This document shows, in pieces, positions 26,076-41,699 of a stretch of DNA of 64,000 nucleotides. Each line of letters starts with the position of its first letter. Position 1 is the first letter of the stretch. This DNA is from Octopus vulgaris (taxonomy: Eukaryota). Position numbers and translations under genes: made by a program. The notes beneath the pieces were generated by a model. The model was given only the letters and a program-made list of their open reading frames with translations, was not told the origin of the DNA and searched no databases. The stretch covers positions 11,842,001-11,906,000 of the forward strand of contig OX597822.1 of assembly GCA_951406725.2 (NCBI GenBank). Reading direction: 5' to 3'.

Positions 26076-27229
26076 AATATATATAATAATAATGCCTACA
26101 TATATATATATATATGTGTATATATATATAAGATTGTATATATTTAGATGCATGTGTTTCTTGTGCGTGTGACTACCTATACGTAAGCTATCATACGTAC
26201 GTATGTATGTTTATACATTCACAAATATAAAGTGAATGAGCTTAATCTGCTGAGCGGTACAACCCAGAGACGTTGTATCATTCAAAAGCGTCGTCTGACC
26301 AGCCGTGTGTAGCAGCATCGGATAGCTCTATCGACAACCAATCTATATACATACGTATGTCTATGTTTGTGTGACTATATATATGTATTTAAGCCCGAGA
26401 ATAAGCTAATAACGACTAACCAGAGAATGAGCTAATAACGATAAAATCTAAAAATTTCATTCTAAAACTAAAGGGTTATAAACGTTAAGAAACCGGTGAC
26501 ATTGGATGTCTTAAACCCTGTCTAAATTCAGTATTCATTTGCATCGAGGAAACAAATCACGACACAGTATACCACCAAACCTGAAACAAAGACTGGAAAA
26601 TACTTGATAATAATGCCTGCTTGCTGTATTAAATTTGTTTCAAGTAATCTTTACAGAGATTCTTTGGGTGTGCGCGTGCGTGTCTCGACATATTAGAAGA
26701 TCTGAATAGACTGAGGATACATTTTCACACTCATTTATGATAGCATCTTAATTTGCATCATCTTCACATGTGTTTAACGCGTACTAGTATACAATGCGGT
26801 CATTTTCTTAAAAACTGTTCCTAACGTTACCTATAACACCGAAAACATAAACGTTTCTCTTTGGTCAAATTTTCACCAACTCTGTCAGAATATTTTTTTT
26901 GTAATAGAAGATAATGGTGGATTTGTTAAAAGATAAATGAGTGCGGGGAAAATGGCCGGAGTAAATAGGAAGTGAATTTGCTGACCCTCATTAATCTCAA
27001 TCCTTTCAACTTTTTCTTGATGAAGAATTTTAACCGAAACGTTGAATTTTCGACTCACTGTCAACAAATTTGCTGTATTCGTTTTAGACACACACACACA
27101 TACACTGGAAACACATACATGCATGCATACATACGTGAATACACACACACACGCATATATATATTTTTTCATACACATATGTATGCATGTCTCTATCCCT
27201 CTCTCTCTCTCTCTCTTTCGTTATGTATA

Positions 27230-27655
27230 TTGGGTTAGCAACTAAGTTCCCGCCGCTTTTCTTTAAATTTTGGAATTTAATGCGCTTTTAAATTATTTTT
27301 TTCTTGTTAATTTTAGTTAAATTTTGTTTATTTTCAGATCATTAAAATGGAATGTCAAGTTAAGAAAAACGAGCATTTTCGACACCTTTTTGCTTTTAAT
27401 CAAGGTTCTAAGGCCGCAAAAGCTGCTCGCGGCATTTTTGCTGTGTATGGAGAAGGTGCCAAGGCTGAAAGAACCGCTCGTGATTGATATCGTAGGTTCA
27501 ATATGGAAATTTTGACCTCAAAGACGCATCTCGTTCTGGCCATCTAGTTGAGTTCGATGAAGAGCGATTAAACAAACTTTTGCACAAATTCTCGTCAAAC
27601 GACAAGGGAACTGGCAGAGAAAATGGAATGCCCCTACACTGCTATAGAGAATTAT
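27230..27655 (+). mobile_element. Mariner transposon 5' fragment (TIR plus frameshifted HTH N-terminus)
   Basis: TA-ttgggttagcaactaagtt TIR; MECQVKKNEHFRH..AVYGEG..FDLKDASRSG..EFDEERL..QTTRELAEKM. Confidence 0.8.
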
Positions 27656-27659
27656 GTAT

Positions 27660-27987
27660 AATAATGAAGATGATGTAGTTGTTGCTGTGAATTATGATGA
27701 TGATGATGATGGCGATAACGACGAGTGGAGGTGACGGAGAAGAATGATGACGACGGTGGTGGTGATGGTAATGCTGACTAAAATGGTCGCCCTGACTGGT
27801 GATGTAGACGACGATCATGATGTCAAATCGTTAATGCTGACAGTGATGCCGTTAGCGTTGATAATGACGACGGTAATGATGATGATGATGATGATGACGA
27901 CGACGGTAATGATGATGATGATGATCATGATCATGATCATGACGACGACGATGAGGACGACGACGATGATGATGATGATAATGATGG

Positions 27988-28025
<38 letters not shown>

Positions 28026-28240
28026 TTAACAACATTGGCGATGATGCTGACTTGATGATGAATCTCATGACAACCTCAGCGGCGATAAAAAATGATGACA
28101 ATGACGACGACAGCTACGAACCAGTCGGCGAAGACTGCGATGACGACGACGACGACGACGACAACGACAACAAGGTGGGGAAGGTCATGATGATAATGAT
28201 GATGGTGATGGTGATTATGATAATGTCAATGATGAGGATT
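27660..28240. repeat. Degenerate (GAT/GAC)n low-complexity tract
   Basis: Directly visible. Confidence 0.85.
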
Positions 28241-28637
28241 GCGCAGAGTAGGTTGATGGAAAACGTGAAATTACACGGGAATATGTTTTACATCGTTAAT
28301 CTATTCATTGTTGTTGTGATGCTGAGAGTGGTGGTGCCTGTTGGTGTTGTTGTTGGCGTTGTTGTTGTCCTATGACTGCCATTAATGGCGCAAATTATTT
28401 TAAATTCGTTCATAATGTTTCCGTATATTGCGATTACAGTTGCTGATGTCTGTTTTAATTCTGTTGTTGTTGTTGTTTTTGTCGTAAGCGCTATTTAAGT
28501 TATAGCGTTAAATGATGTTGTTGTTATAGTGGTTGTCTCTGACCGTGATAACGATCGCAATACTGGTTGCAGTTTAGGTTATAGTTGCGTTGTTAGCTGT
28601 TTCTTTTTTTGTAGTAGTAGTATCAATAAAAGCAGTA

Positions 28638-28721
<84 letters not shown>

Positions 28722-28786
28722 GTTATTGTTATTGTTGTTGTTGTTATTATTATTATTATTATTATTAATATTATTATTATTATTCT

Positions 28787-29059
<273 letters not shown>

Positions 29060-29084
29060 TATTATCATCATCATCATCATTATT

Positions 29085-30320
<1,236 letters not shown>

Positions 30321-30594
30321 AAGTAGTAGTGGTGGTAGCAGCATCAGCAGCAATAATGGTTTTAGCAGTGGTGATGGTGGTGGTGGTGTTTGTTGTCTAA
30401 TATTGAAACAAAAGTTTTCTCTGCGTTGTTGTGTTTTTGTGGTGTTGCCATGAATACTTTCGTGTTGCAGTTGATCTTGTTGTTGTTGCTGTTGTTGTGG
30501 TTACTGATAGCTTTTGTTGTCGACTGTGTGTTACAGTTCTTGTTACGATAACGGTTATGTCGTTGTTGTTATTCTCTCTAAAGTCATTGTAATA

Positions 30595-31011
<417 letters not shown>

Positions 31012-32835
31012 TAAATAAATAGCGGCATTCATATTGTTGTCGACGTTGATCTTGGTCTTTCTTGAGTGTGTAATAATATTTTTTTGATCAAGATGCTTGC
31101 TGCCATTGTTGTTGATGATGTTATTATTGTTTTTTTTATATTTTTTCTGGTTGTTTGTTATTTACGTTGTTGCTATACTTAATCACGTGATGTCGATGAT
31201 GAAAGAACGGAAGTGATTAAAGCTGTTGTTAAAATATTACAATTTTATAATGTCCATAATCAGGAAGTGTTGCTTCGTTAAGCAGATTCCATCTTCATTT
31301 GCTTGTTTCTTCGTTTCTGGCCTTCTTTCTTTCCTTCATTCCTTCTTTCTTTCTTTTTCTCTATTTTGTTTGATGTTTCATCGGCATCATCATCATCGAC
31401 ATCGTTTGTTATGAAGTTTTCTTTTGTTTTTATACTTTCGTTTCTTCATTTGATCTCTTAGATCTTTCATTTCTTCTCATTATGTATGTATGTATGTATG
31501 TACCTATATAGTTACGTATTTATATATATACATATATACATACACACAAGTATGTGAATATATATATATATATATATATACGCACATGTATGCGTATATA
31601 TATGTAACATATATATATATTTATATATATATATATATGTATATATAGTTGTATTCATATCTATATATACCTGTGTATATATATTTATATATTATATAAA
31701 GTACGTATATATATATATTTGTGTGTGTGTATAAATAAATATAAATACGCACATAAACATGTTCATATTATGTGTGTATGCGTGTACAAAGAGAGGGAAG
31801 GAGGAGGAGTGAAGTGAGAAGATAGAGACAGACATAGAAAGACAGAGATATAGAAAGATATACCAGTATGTGCTTCACACATACACCCACGCACACGCAC
31901 ACACATCTATGTATATATACGTACACATATTTCATTATCTACACTTTATTATCCATCATTATTTTCCTGTTAATTTCTTTCTTGTATTCCTTCTATCTAA
32001 CTCGTTCTTTTTCTTTCTTTCTCTCTCACACTCGTTCTTTCTTTCTTTCCTTTTTTCTCTCTACTGTGTACGCTTTCTAAATTGTATCAATTGTATAAAA
32101 TTATTAAACAATATATTTACAAAGGCAACAAACAAATAAACAAAATAAATCAAATTAAGCGACTCAAAACATAACAAAAACACAATAAACTTTATACATA
32201 ATTATTTCGACCACGCAAATTATCAATTTTTTTCTTCTTTTTCTCTAAGGCGGATGTGTCATACCGGAAGTCGTTTTCACCTCATCGACAGAATGAGAAG
32301 AAAATTTTAGCAAAGCAATTTAAATCGAAAGTTCTGAAAATTGCTTTTAAATAAAAATGTACGGATTTATACATATCTGGTTGTTTATGGGTTTTTTAAA
32401 ATATTCATTTTGCTATTAGGTATTTAATCAGAGATACACGCACCACGTCTACACAAGCTTATAGAGCGAGACTTCAAGTCTCAGAGAAACACGCACACAC
32501 ACACACACACACAGAAGTTTATATACATAAATAGACATGAACACAGATTATGTATAGTTATGGTTATATAAGTATAACATGAATATATACAAATATCTAT
32601 ATGCATCTACGTATCCATAAATATGAAGAAGCATGCATTCGTCAATACATATACATATACACATGTATATATGGGGGATATTATATATATGCATGCATGT
32701 GTGCATGTATATATGTATTACGATGGATGTTTGGATGGAGGTATGTACGTCTGCATATACATATATATGTGTGTGTATGTATGTATAGACATATATACCT
32801 ACATACACATACACACAAGCGCACACACACACGCT

Positions 32836-32898
<63 letters not shown>

Positions 32899-33496
32899 CT
32901 CTTTGTGTGAATGTATATCTGTATAGCTACTTGCATATATTCACGTACGAATGTTTACGTGTATGCTTCCATGTAGATGTCTGAATACCTTGTCATGCCA
33001 CGTTTATGAATATTGGCACAGTCTTAAGTAAACAGCAGAAAAGATGTATCGCATTGGCGTATCACCTCTTTAAGTCTATTAAATAGAATTTCATGATGTG
33101 ATAACGTTGTAATGGAGTCAAATAAATTAATAGAAATGAGCAAACGACACACGTAGCGACATACAGACAATCACTCCTCCCTCGTATAATCCATATAACA
33201 TGACAACTTTGAACATGGCTTTGCTATAGATGTCCGTTCGAGCGGACTCTGCTGCGATTTTGTAACCCCAAGAGGGCATCTCCTCGAGTTGGTTAACGAT
33301 ACTCAGCTTCATCCGATAAAATTGAGAGCAAGAGAGCGAACTCCTACCATCTCCTATGGACGGGACTAGTAGACCAGTCCTGGTTTCGGGCCCTTTATAT
33401 GTAAATATACGTACTAACATACCTGCACACACACACACACACATACATACATACATACATACATACATACATACATACATACATACATACATACAT

Positions 33497-33528
<32 letters not shown>

Positions 33529-33779
33529 CTGTAGATATTTCCACTCATATATGCACATGCGTATATAAGATAGTACAAAAGAGAGTGTATACCCATATCA
33601 GGTGGATATAAGTGTCATCAAAAGACAGGATTAGATCTCTTATTCTCAAGGGTCCCAGATTTATTTAACATCACAGCAAGAAGTGCAAGAGAATGCAGTG
33701 GTGTCAGATTCTCTCATGCATCGAATGTCAAGTTCTAAGAAAAAAGTTTTTGCGAAGTACAATATATGTATGGTCACAG

Positions 33780-34715
33780 TTCGTGAGCTGAAACTAGTTC
33801 AATTCTATTCAATTGATACGTACTCTCCCTTATTCAGATAATATTTGGTCGATGTTTTTCTGTGGATTGTTGGGATGTAGTTCTGGTGGTTGTGGTTATG
33901 TTTGTTCAGTTTTGGCTGATATTTTCGAATAAAATATTCTTCCTTGTCCTTAAAAAATCTTCATTTTATGTCCATAGTTTGAAGAATGCGGCTATTTTGA
34001 ATTTTCTTTTTCTACATTTTTCAAAATGTTCGCTACAGATTCTGTTTCAAACGGAGAGGTCATGGATCAGTGGGAAGAGGAATGGAGACATAATGTCACC
34101 ATTACTAGTGATCACTCCAAGCACCATGATGTTGATTGGATATTTGATTTTTATCACTCTCGGCACACTTTTTGGAGACACGGCAACGTAATGGTTGTTC
34201 TGTCGGTTCACCATCTGATCCTCCTTTCATCAATGTAGTGTCCATTGCATTCGGGACATGTGGCACAGTAGATTAAATTCCTGGATTTGCAATTCATATT
34301 TGCATTTACTTTTGAAAGTGTCACTGTTTTTTTTAAAGTAAGTTGTACTTCCTCTTCAGTGTAGTCACACGTTCCACAACGAGAACCACCACATTTTAAA
34401 AACTCTCTTTCTTGTTTCTCTGGTTGTAAATTTTGCTTGGGTTTAAGAGTTTCTTTTTATGTTGAGTAATTGTCGTCTGCTATAAAGTATATTTGAGTTT
34501 GTTATTCATTGGTTCATTCTTTATGAATGTTGAAAGATTGGGTGGTGTCGTGATTTCTTGGGTTGTAGCTGAAGACAAAAGGAATGCATATGTGTTCATT
34601 TTTATTTTTAATTTTGCGTCTTTGTTTTCCTCTGTGGGTCGTAGTTTCAATGTTTTTTCTTTGATGATTGCTGTGTCGATTAAGCTAGAGGGGTACTTTT
34701 GTTCCTTTAGAAATT
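33780..34715 (-). mobile_element. Penelope-like element (Neptune-type), decayed linker, Cys motif and GIY-YIG endonuclease
   Basis: - strand: FLKEQKYPSSLID, IPFVFSYNP, KCGGSRCGTC, NMNCKSRNLIYCATCPECNGHYI, CSEHFEKC, DKEEYFIRKYQPKLN. Confidence 0.8.
34075..34210 (-). mobile_element. Tc1/mariner DD37D (maT-like) transposase fragment inside the PLE
   Basis: - strand IKYPINIMVLGVITSNGDIMSPF resembles TKHP..VMVLGVI.S.G.VMPP. Confidence 0.55.
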
Positions 34716-35504
34716 AAGACTTAGTTGTGATCTGGACAAAACCGCTGCTGACACAGAGAAACGGGAGCCCTTTTGGGCATTCTATTTTTCTTGCTGGCAG
34801 GGTTCCCAACCCATAGACAAAGGGGAGTTAGATAATGAAGTTGGTATTTTCAAAGGGCTGGGATGTGCAATCCGATCACCTCTGCCGATCAAACTCCCAA
34901 CCCATGCGCTCCCGTCGCGACACTGAGTCTGTAGAACTGGGTTGGGTGTGAAAACCAACTTTAAAGTATAAATATAGATCTTTTTGTATCAGCAATATTG
35001 TCTTCGGTTAAGTCCTATTTCTGGTGAAAAATCAATAAACTGATTCCTTATGGGGTTTTCCATTTAATCAGGATATATTAGAGGATTTTCCTATAAAACT
35101 GGCTACACCCCATTTTCAACCATAACTTTTACCAATTTTTATGTATTTCTGCTCGCAAACATGAGCCTAAAACGGTACGTGAAAGTACAGGGCACTTCCA
35201 GCTCTTTGAGTTCTGAGTTCTGTGATGGTCGATTGGTTTAAAATTGACATGTAATTCTTAGGTATCCTATTAAATATTCAACCTGCTCGGGTCAGTGTAG
35301 GTGTTCGGGTCACCTTCAGGACAGTTTTTTTTCTCTGCTGTTCCTCCCTCACTGATGAAACGATAGTAGTTCTTCGTTAATGCATGAAACACATTTTCAC
35401 TCCGGTTCTGACAATGAAGCTGTGATCCTATTAACTTGAGCCGAATACACTAACCAACAGGCGGCCACACAACAGTATTAAGAAAAAAACCTGTTGTTTC
35501 TATC

Positions 35505-36140
35505 ATTCTTACTGTTTCAGACATCGAACTGCGGCAATGCTGGAGCACTGCGTTGAATGGTTTAGTAAAAAAAATCGACTGCAGTACTAATTTCAAATCT
35601 GGTACTTAGTGTATCGCTTTCATTTGCCGAGCCGCAATGACGGAGATGTAAAGAAACCAACTCCAATTGTCAAATGGTGGTGTTGGATACCCGCCGTTAC
35701 GTTCTGAGTTCAAATTCCTCCGAGGTCGACTTTGCCTTTCATCCTTTCGGAGTCGATAAATTAAGTACCAGCTACGCACTGGGGTCGATGTAATCGACTT
35801 AATCCGTTTGTCTGTCCTTGTTTGTCCCCTCTGTGTTTGGCCCCTTGTGGGTAGTAAAGAAAAAGGTGTTGGATAAACGCATACACAAAGACATACGCGC
35901 AAACATGCATACACACACATGCATACACACACATACACACATACATGCATATACACACACTCACACACACATATACACACATGCACACGCTTACACAAAA
36001 AAGATGGGCTGAAACACAGTTTCCAACTACCAAATTATCTTTCACAGGGTGAGTTACAACAAATGACACTTACCCAAAATACCGCACAATGGGACTGAAC
36101 ACCCAGCCACTGGGTTCTAGAGCGAGCTTGTTAACCACAG
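35505..36140 (-). mobile_element. SINE type 1 (diverged), interrupted by a type 2 SINE
   Basis: Tail cttactgtttcag..ctgcggcaatgctggagcact at 35509-35550; head gggactgaac..cttgttaaccacag at 36090-36140. Confidence 0.75.
35690..35864 (+). mobile_element. Young 5'-truncated SINE type 2 with 11-bp TSD
   Basis: Close match to reverse complement of 12395-12560; GGTGTTGGATA at 35679-35689 and 35865-35875. Confidence 0.9.
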
Positions 36141-36188
36141 AGTCAATCGTAGTGTATTACATAAAATACGGCTTCTAAACACTATGAA

Positions 36189-37270
36189 TCTCTATATTAT
36201 AAATGCGGAAAGTTTGTTTGTTTGTCTGGTTTTGGCATTGAGAACGGGTTAAAGACCACTAGATCCCGTCGGATTGACTCCAAAATTTACAGGGACATGT
36301 AAAATGAGGTGAGAATGCGAGTAGGCTATGTTAGAAATCCCCATCTTAAATGATGTCGTTGCTAGGGCCAAAAACGCACTTTGACAAGTCTACTCTCATT
36401 CTTTTATGTATCTGTCTTCCTTCATCACTCACTCTCCCTCCTCCCTTCTCATCACGTTCTATCTATAACGTTTGTTTCAGAGCGTCTACCTCCCTTTACT
36501 TTCTCTTTATAACGTCGTTTCACAGCGTTCTATATCTCCCGCCTTCAACAGCGCTTTCACACACTCTCTCTCTACGTCTGTCTGCATTCATAGAGAGAAT
36601 CATCATCGCCACACAATCATGAGAACAAATATTATGAATCAGATATTTATTGGGTTAATTTATATATGTGTGTGTGCGTGTTCTATATATAAATGTGTAT
36701 ATATAATGTATATATACAAAGTGTATATATCTGTATTTATGTATATTAAACTTTTTAATAATTTTTGAGAGTTATATATATTTAAAAAATTATAAATATG
36801 AATTAACACCTATGTTAACAGTGCTGGCGAGTTTGCATGACAACTATTTTTTCCTCAAATGAAAGGCGTGACCTCTAGGACAAAATTCCTCATCTTATAA
36901 AATGTGGCCCCAGTAGGCCAGAATGAAATCGGGTTATATTAACCAAAATGTGAAAAGGGGTCTGAATGGGGCTGGAAGGGGATTAAAATTTACAGGAGTT
37001 GGTGTTTAGGAATCCTCTGTTACATCAAGCTAAAAAATTTGCGCCAGCCTTTTAATCGTCAATGCGTTGCCGTCCATGATGAAGAAGTTTTGAATGCTTG
37101 TCATGGTGAGTCTACTGTCTACAGAGAAAGGAAGAGTAAGACAGTGAGAAAGTGAGAAAGAAGGGAGAGAGAAACAAAGATGGAGAATGTGGTGATAAAA
37201 GACAGAATGGAAGCAACAGAAAGTAACAACCACACCCTCACCCGTGCGTAGAGCGAGTCACCTTAACTAG
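36189..37270 (+). mobile_element. Non-autonomous Helitron, copy 1
   Basis: 5' A^TC..tatattataaatgcggaaagtttgtttgtttgtct; 3' GC hairpin acccgtgcgtagagcgagt then ttaaCTAG^T. Confidence 0.8.
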
Positions 37271-37276
37271 TCAATA

Positions 37277-37842
37277 TCTATAAATCTGAAAAGCGAAAAG
37301 TTTGTTTGTCTGGTTTTGGCATTGGAACGGTTTAAAGGCCACTAGATCCCGTCGGATTGACTCCAAAATTTACAGGGACATGTAAAATGTGGTGTGAATG
37401 TGAGTGGGCTATCTTAGAAATCCTTATCTTAAAAGGTGTAGTTTCTAGGGCAAAAAACGCACACTTTGACAAGTCTTCTCTCATTCACTTATCTGCCTGT
37501 TTTCCTCCGTGACTCTCTCTTTCCTCCCTTCCTTTCACTTTCTTTCTATAACGTCGTTCGACAACGTCTACTATATTTCCCCCGCCGCCTTCACTCTTTC
37601 TACCACATCCTCTCTCTCTCTACGTCTGTCTTCATTCATAGAGAGAATTATTATCGCCACAAACCATCACACAATCATGAGAACAAATATTATGAATCAG
37701 ATATTTATTGGGTTAATATATATATATATGTGTGTGTGTTATATATAAATATGTATATATAATGTATATATACAAAGTGTATATATCTGTATTTATATAT
37801 ATATATATATATAATTAGTATACATTTGTATATATAATGCGT

Positions 37843-37889
<47 letters not shown>

Positions 37890-38684
37890 GTGTGCATTAT
37901 GTGGTCGGTTGAGTTGAAAATATGCACACATATGTTAAAAATGCTGGCGAGTTTGATGGCAACTATCTTTTTCCTTAAATGAAAGGCGTGACCTCTAGGA
38001 GAAAATTCCTCATCATCTTATAAAATGTGGCCCGAGTAGACCTGAATGAAATCGGGATATATTAACCAAAATGTGAAAAGGGGTCTAAATTGGGCTGGAA
38101 GGGGATTAAAATTTACAGGAGCGGGTGAGTCTACTGTCGTGAGAAAGAATCACTTCAAAACTTGGTGTTTAGGAATTTTCTTTTACATCAAGTTCAAAAT
38201 TTTACGCCTGCCGTTAAACTGCCTCTACGTTGCTGTCTGTCGTTAAGAAATTCCAGCCATGGTGACTCTAATATCCTCAGATTCTATTCCTTCAAAATTT
38301 GGTTTCCAATATTTTTTTTTTATTCAGCTCGCAAGTCCGTCTGTTCCTTTTAAATGTTAGTGTTTTGCTGTCTGCCTTGAAGCAGACCTTTCCGTTGTCA
38401 CTGCCTGATATTTATGATTGATCTTTCAAAATATATTATTTCTCAACTTACTCAAGATCTTTTGTTGTTTATAAATGGGAGATAGATAGATAGAGAACGA
38501 TAGAGAGTAAGAGAAAGCGAGGGAGAGTCCGAGAGAAAGGTAGAGTAAGAGAGTGGGAAAGTGAGAGAGAAAGGAGAGAGAAACAAAAGGGAGAATGTGG
38601 CGATGAAAAACAGAATGGAAGCAACAGAAAGTAACAACCACACTCTTACCCGCGCGTAGAGCGGGTCACCTTAAGCTTGTCTAG
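37277..38684 (+). mobile_element. Non-autonomous Helitron, copy 2 (head-to-tail with copy 1)
   Basis: Long homology to copy 1 (ccactagatcccgtcggattgactccaaaatttacagggacatg etc.); 3' hairpin acccgcgcgtagagcgggt then cttg/ctag. Confidence 0.8.
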
Positions 38685-38905
38685 ATATATATTTTACATT
38701 CATTTAGTAAATTCTCAATATGGAAAGAATAACATAAATATAATAGTAAATATATAAATACGAAAGCGTATTTTCCTTTTTTCACATTATTGTCATTCAC
38801 ACAGATCTGAAGAATAGTTTGCATTTTTAATCATATTAAGACCATCTCCGACAACCGAACTGCAAAATGCTGCATGTATAGTTACACACGTAGATACATA
38901 TACAT

Positions 38906-38945
<40 letters not shown>

Positions 38946-39058
38946 TTATTAGTGAATTGAAGAAATGGAGTTGAACGAAGATTGAACAGAATTCCTTTTA
39001 TTGCATTCTACACATGGTATCGGTTAAACTTTTGATTAATCTGCCACAAGATTATTCA

Positions 39059-39157
<99 letters not shown>

Positions 39158-39436
39158 ATATACGATGAATGCAATGAAGACATGTTCAAATGGGAAAGAA
39201 ATCTACAAGATATATAACAAAAGCCCATTGGTACAATATAGAAGTTGGAGTAAGGTATAAATAAATAATGCCGTTTGTTTGAGAGTAATATATAAAACTA
39301 AGCAGGTAGTTTCGGGTGCATTAAATGGATGTAACTGCTAAATGTAAATCGAAAATATTATAAAATACTGTTTTATCAGAGCAAAAGAAATGACTAAAAG
39401 AATAAATTAATTACTGTTAAGTTGGGGATTGAGAAA

Positions 39437-39616
<180 letters not shown>

Positions 39617-39784
39617 CCGGGGACGTTTAAGATGTAAGAAGGAAAATACAGAGCTCCGGAATCTATCCACAAACATCGAAAACAAAGACACCCTATGGAG
39701 CCAAAGATTTACTAACAAAGAATTGGACTATATCCGAGTAAGTAATACTAATTGAAATTTATTACTATTTTCGAAACGAAATGA

Positions 39785-40394
39785 TGTTCTATTTTTAGTT
39801 TGGATTTCATTTGTTTTATAGCTTTTGTTGTTTCTTCATCTTCTTCTTCTTCTTCTTCATATTTATAAGGTGGTATGATTTCTTGTTTGTATTTGTCAGC
39901 TTCCTTAAATACTGAGAAAACGAGAAAGCAACCATACTCTGGGATATGCCGATACACACAGATAGAGAAATTAAGGCCAACAGACCAGATATAGTTCTCA
40001 GAGATCATGAAGAAAAAAATGCTTTCTAATTGATGTATCAATACCGGCAGATGACAACGTGTCTCTAAAAGAAATGGAGAAACTCTCAAAATACAAAGAC
40101 CTGGAAATAGAGGTAACTAGAATGTGGAACCTGAAAACAGAAACAATTCCTATCATAGTAGGTGCATTAGGCATGATAAAAAATATTCAGACAAATACAT
40201 AACAAAAACACCAGGACTTACAAACACATATAACATACAGAAAATTGCACTACTAGGCACTGCACACATCCTACGCAGAACACTTTCCATACAATAACTA
40301 TCAGAGCATCACAACAAATCACAGCACATACCCAAGGCACACAGAGCTGCGCTCGGTAGTGAAGTGAAAGCACGCTATAAAAATAAAACTACTG
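39785..40394 (+). mobile_element. R4/Dong-like family A 3' fragment with an inverted 5' segment
   Basis: 39915-40394 (+) is ENEKATILWDMPIHTDREIKANRPDIV RLE region plus UTR ending actactg-aat; 39785-39918 matches 60830-60960 in the same orientation, so it is antisense. Confidence 0.85.
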
Positions 40395-40398
40395 AATG

Positions 40399-40467
<69 letters not shown>

Positions 40468-40470
<3 letters not shown>

Positions 40471-41009
40471 CACTAACAGGCAGTGGCTCTCGTGGCTTCT
40501 GATCTTAATTGATTGGAAGTTTTATCATGTACATTACTTTGTCTAGGTATTGGGCCACAGCAAATATTCTGCTCAATACCACAGATTTGCCTGTCAGTTG
40601 TTTGACCTTAACTAGTTGAGCATGTCCCTTAGTGGCTGACGATATGCGCATCTCTGATCACGAGCAGAAGTAGTGTGGGAGCATCATAGCCATATGTTGA
40701 GAGGGATTATTTGGGGTTTGATTAATTCACCTCTGGAAACATGGGTGTTTCGTTCAACATCTTTAAACAACCCTTATTGAGGGACCTTTTGAGCGGGGTG
40801 GGTTACGCGACAAGAAGAAAATTCTAACTGGGTCCCACCTGCAAGATTATGTGCTGTTTATCTTGATATGAGATTACCATGTCGCGCACATATGGTTGTG
40901 ATGCATGTGCCTAGCGTACCTTTATCAGATAGGTTGTCATGATGGGTATACTGGGCTTCGTATGTTTTATCCCAGTGTCACTTTGATGGCATGCACTGCT
41001 CTCTCACTC
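40468..41009 (+). mobile_element. ~555-bp (AAT)n-flanked non-coding element, copy 2
   Basis: High similarity to 13321-13877. Confidence 0.85.
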
Positions 41010-41030
41010 AATCATAATGATAATAATAAT

Positions 41031-41510
41031 TGGTACGACCTCAAACCTGAATGCATCGTCGAAAATAGAAATGCAAAGATCTTTTGGGTTTTTATGATTC
41101 AGTGCGATCATGAGAGAATAGGAAGCCGGGTATAGTCTTAACTGAGAAAGAAAACAAACAATGCTGGATCATAGATATTGCATGCCCAGCTGACAACAAT
41201 TATGCGATAAGGAAGAAAGAAAAGTCAAGAAATATGACAGGTTAGCTTGCGAAGTTAAGCAGTTACGGTTGTTGAAAAAGGTAGTGGTAGTACCAATAAT
41301 TGTCGGAGCCCTGGGAAAGTGAGCAAAAATCTCGAAAAGTACGTCGAATAAATAGGGACTGCAATAAGGGTGGAACACTTGCAGAAAACAGCACTGCTTG
41401 GAACCGCTCAAATACTCCGGAAGGTGCTCGAAAAATAAGAGGTGCTACCTTTGTCCACTGGTAGTGAACAGCTGACACCGTAGTACATCTCCAGCATTAG
41501 AAACTGCACA
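41031..41510 (+). mobile_element. R4/Dong-like family C 3' fragment
   Basis: WYDLKPECIVEN..KIFW..IQCDH..IIDIACP..VVPIIVGALG..LQKTALLGTAQILRKVL; 3' UTR differs from families A and B; preceded by (AAT)n. Confidence 0.8.
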
Positions 41511-41699
41511 AACAACACACAATACAAAAACTAATATAACAAATGTCTCAAACCAAACCTCATAAGAAAACATTCTGATACCATACAATATCCCCCACAC
41601 CAAAAAAATAAAAAATGCAGTACACACCATCCCATCAACACAAAGGTGCAACAAATGACGCAATAGAAAGTTACTTGAAACTACCAGATGTCGGAAAAT

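Noticed and set aside
26245-26298. ctgctgag..ggtacaac/gttgtatc hairpin..caaaa..gtc
   Set aside because: Both core boxes are mutated and there is no stem I; too degenerate to call
33360-33395. - strand gccc-GAAA-CCAGgaCTG-GTC resembling a hammerhead 3' half
   Set aside because: No matching CTGANGA or stem I within a plausible distance
35350-35395. CTGATGA-aacga..tcgtt..GAAAC hammerhead-like motif
   Set aside because: Seven extra nucleotides between stem II and GAAA, and no stem I/III pairing
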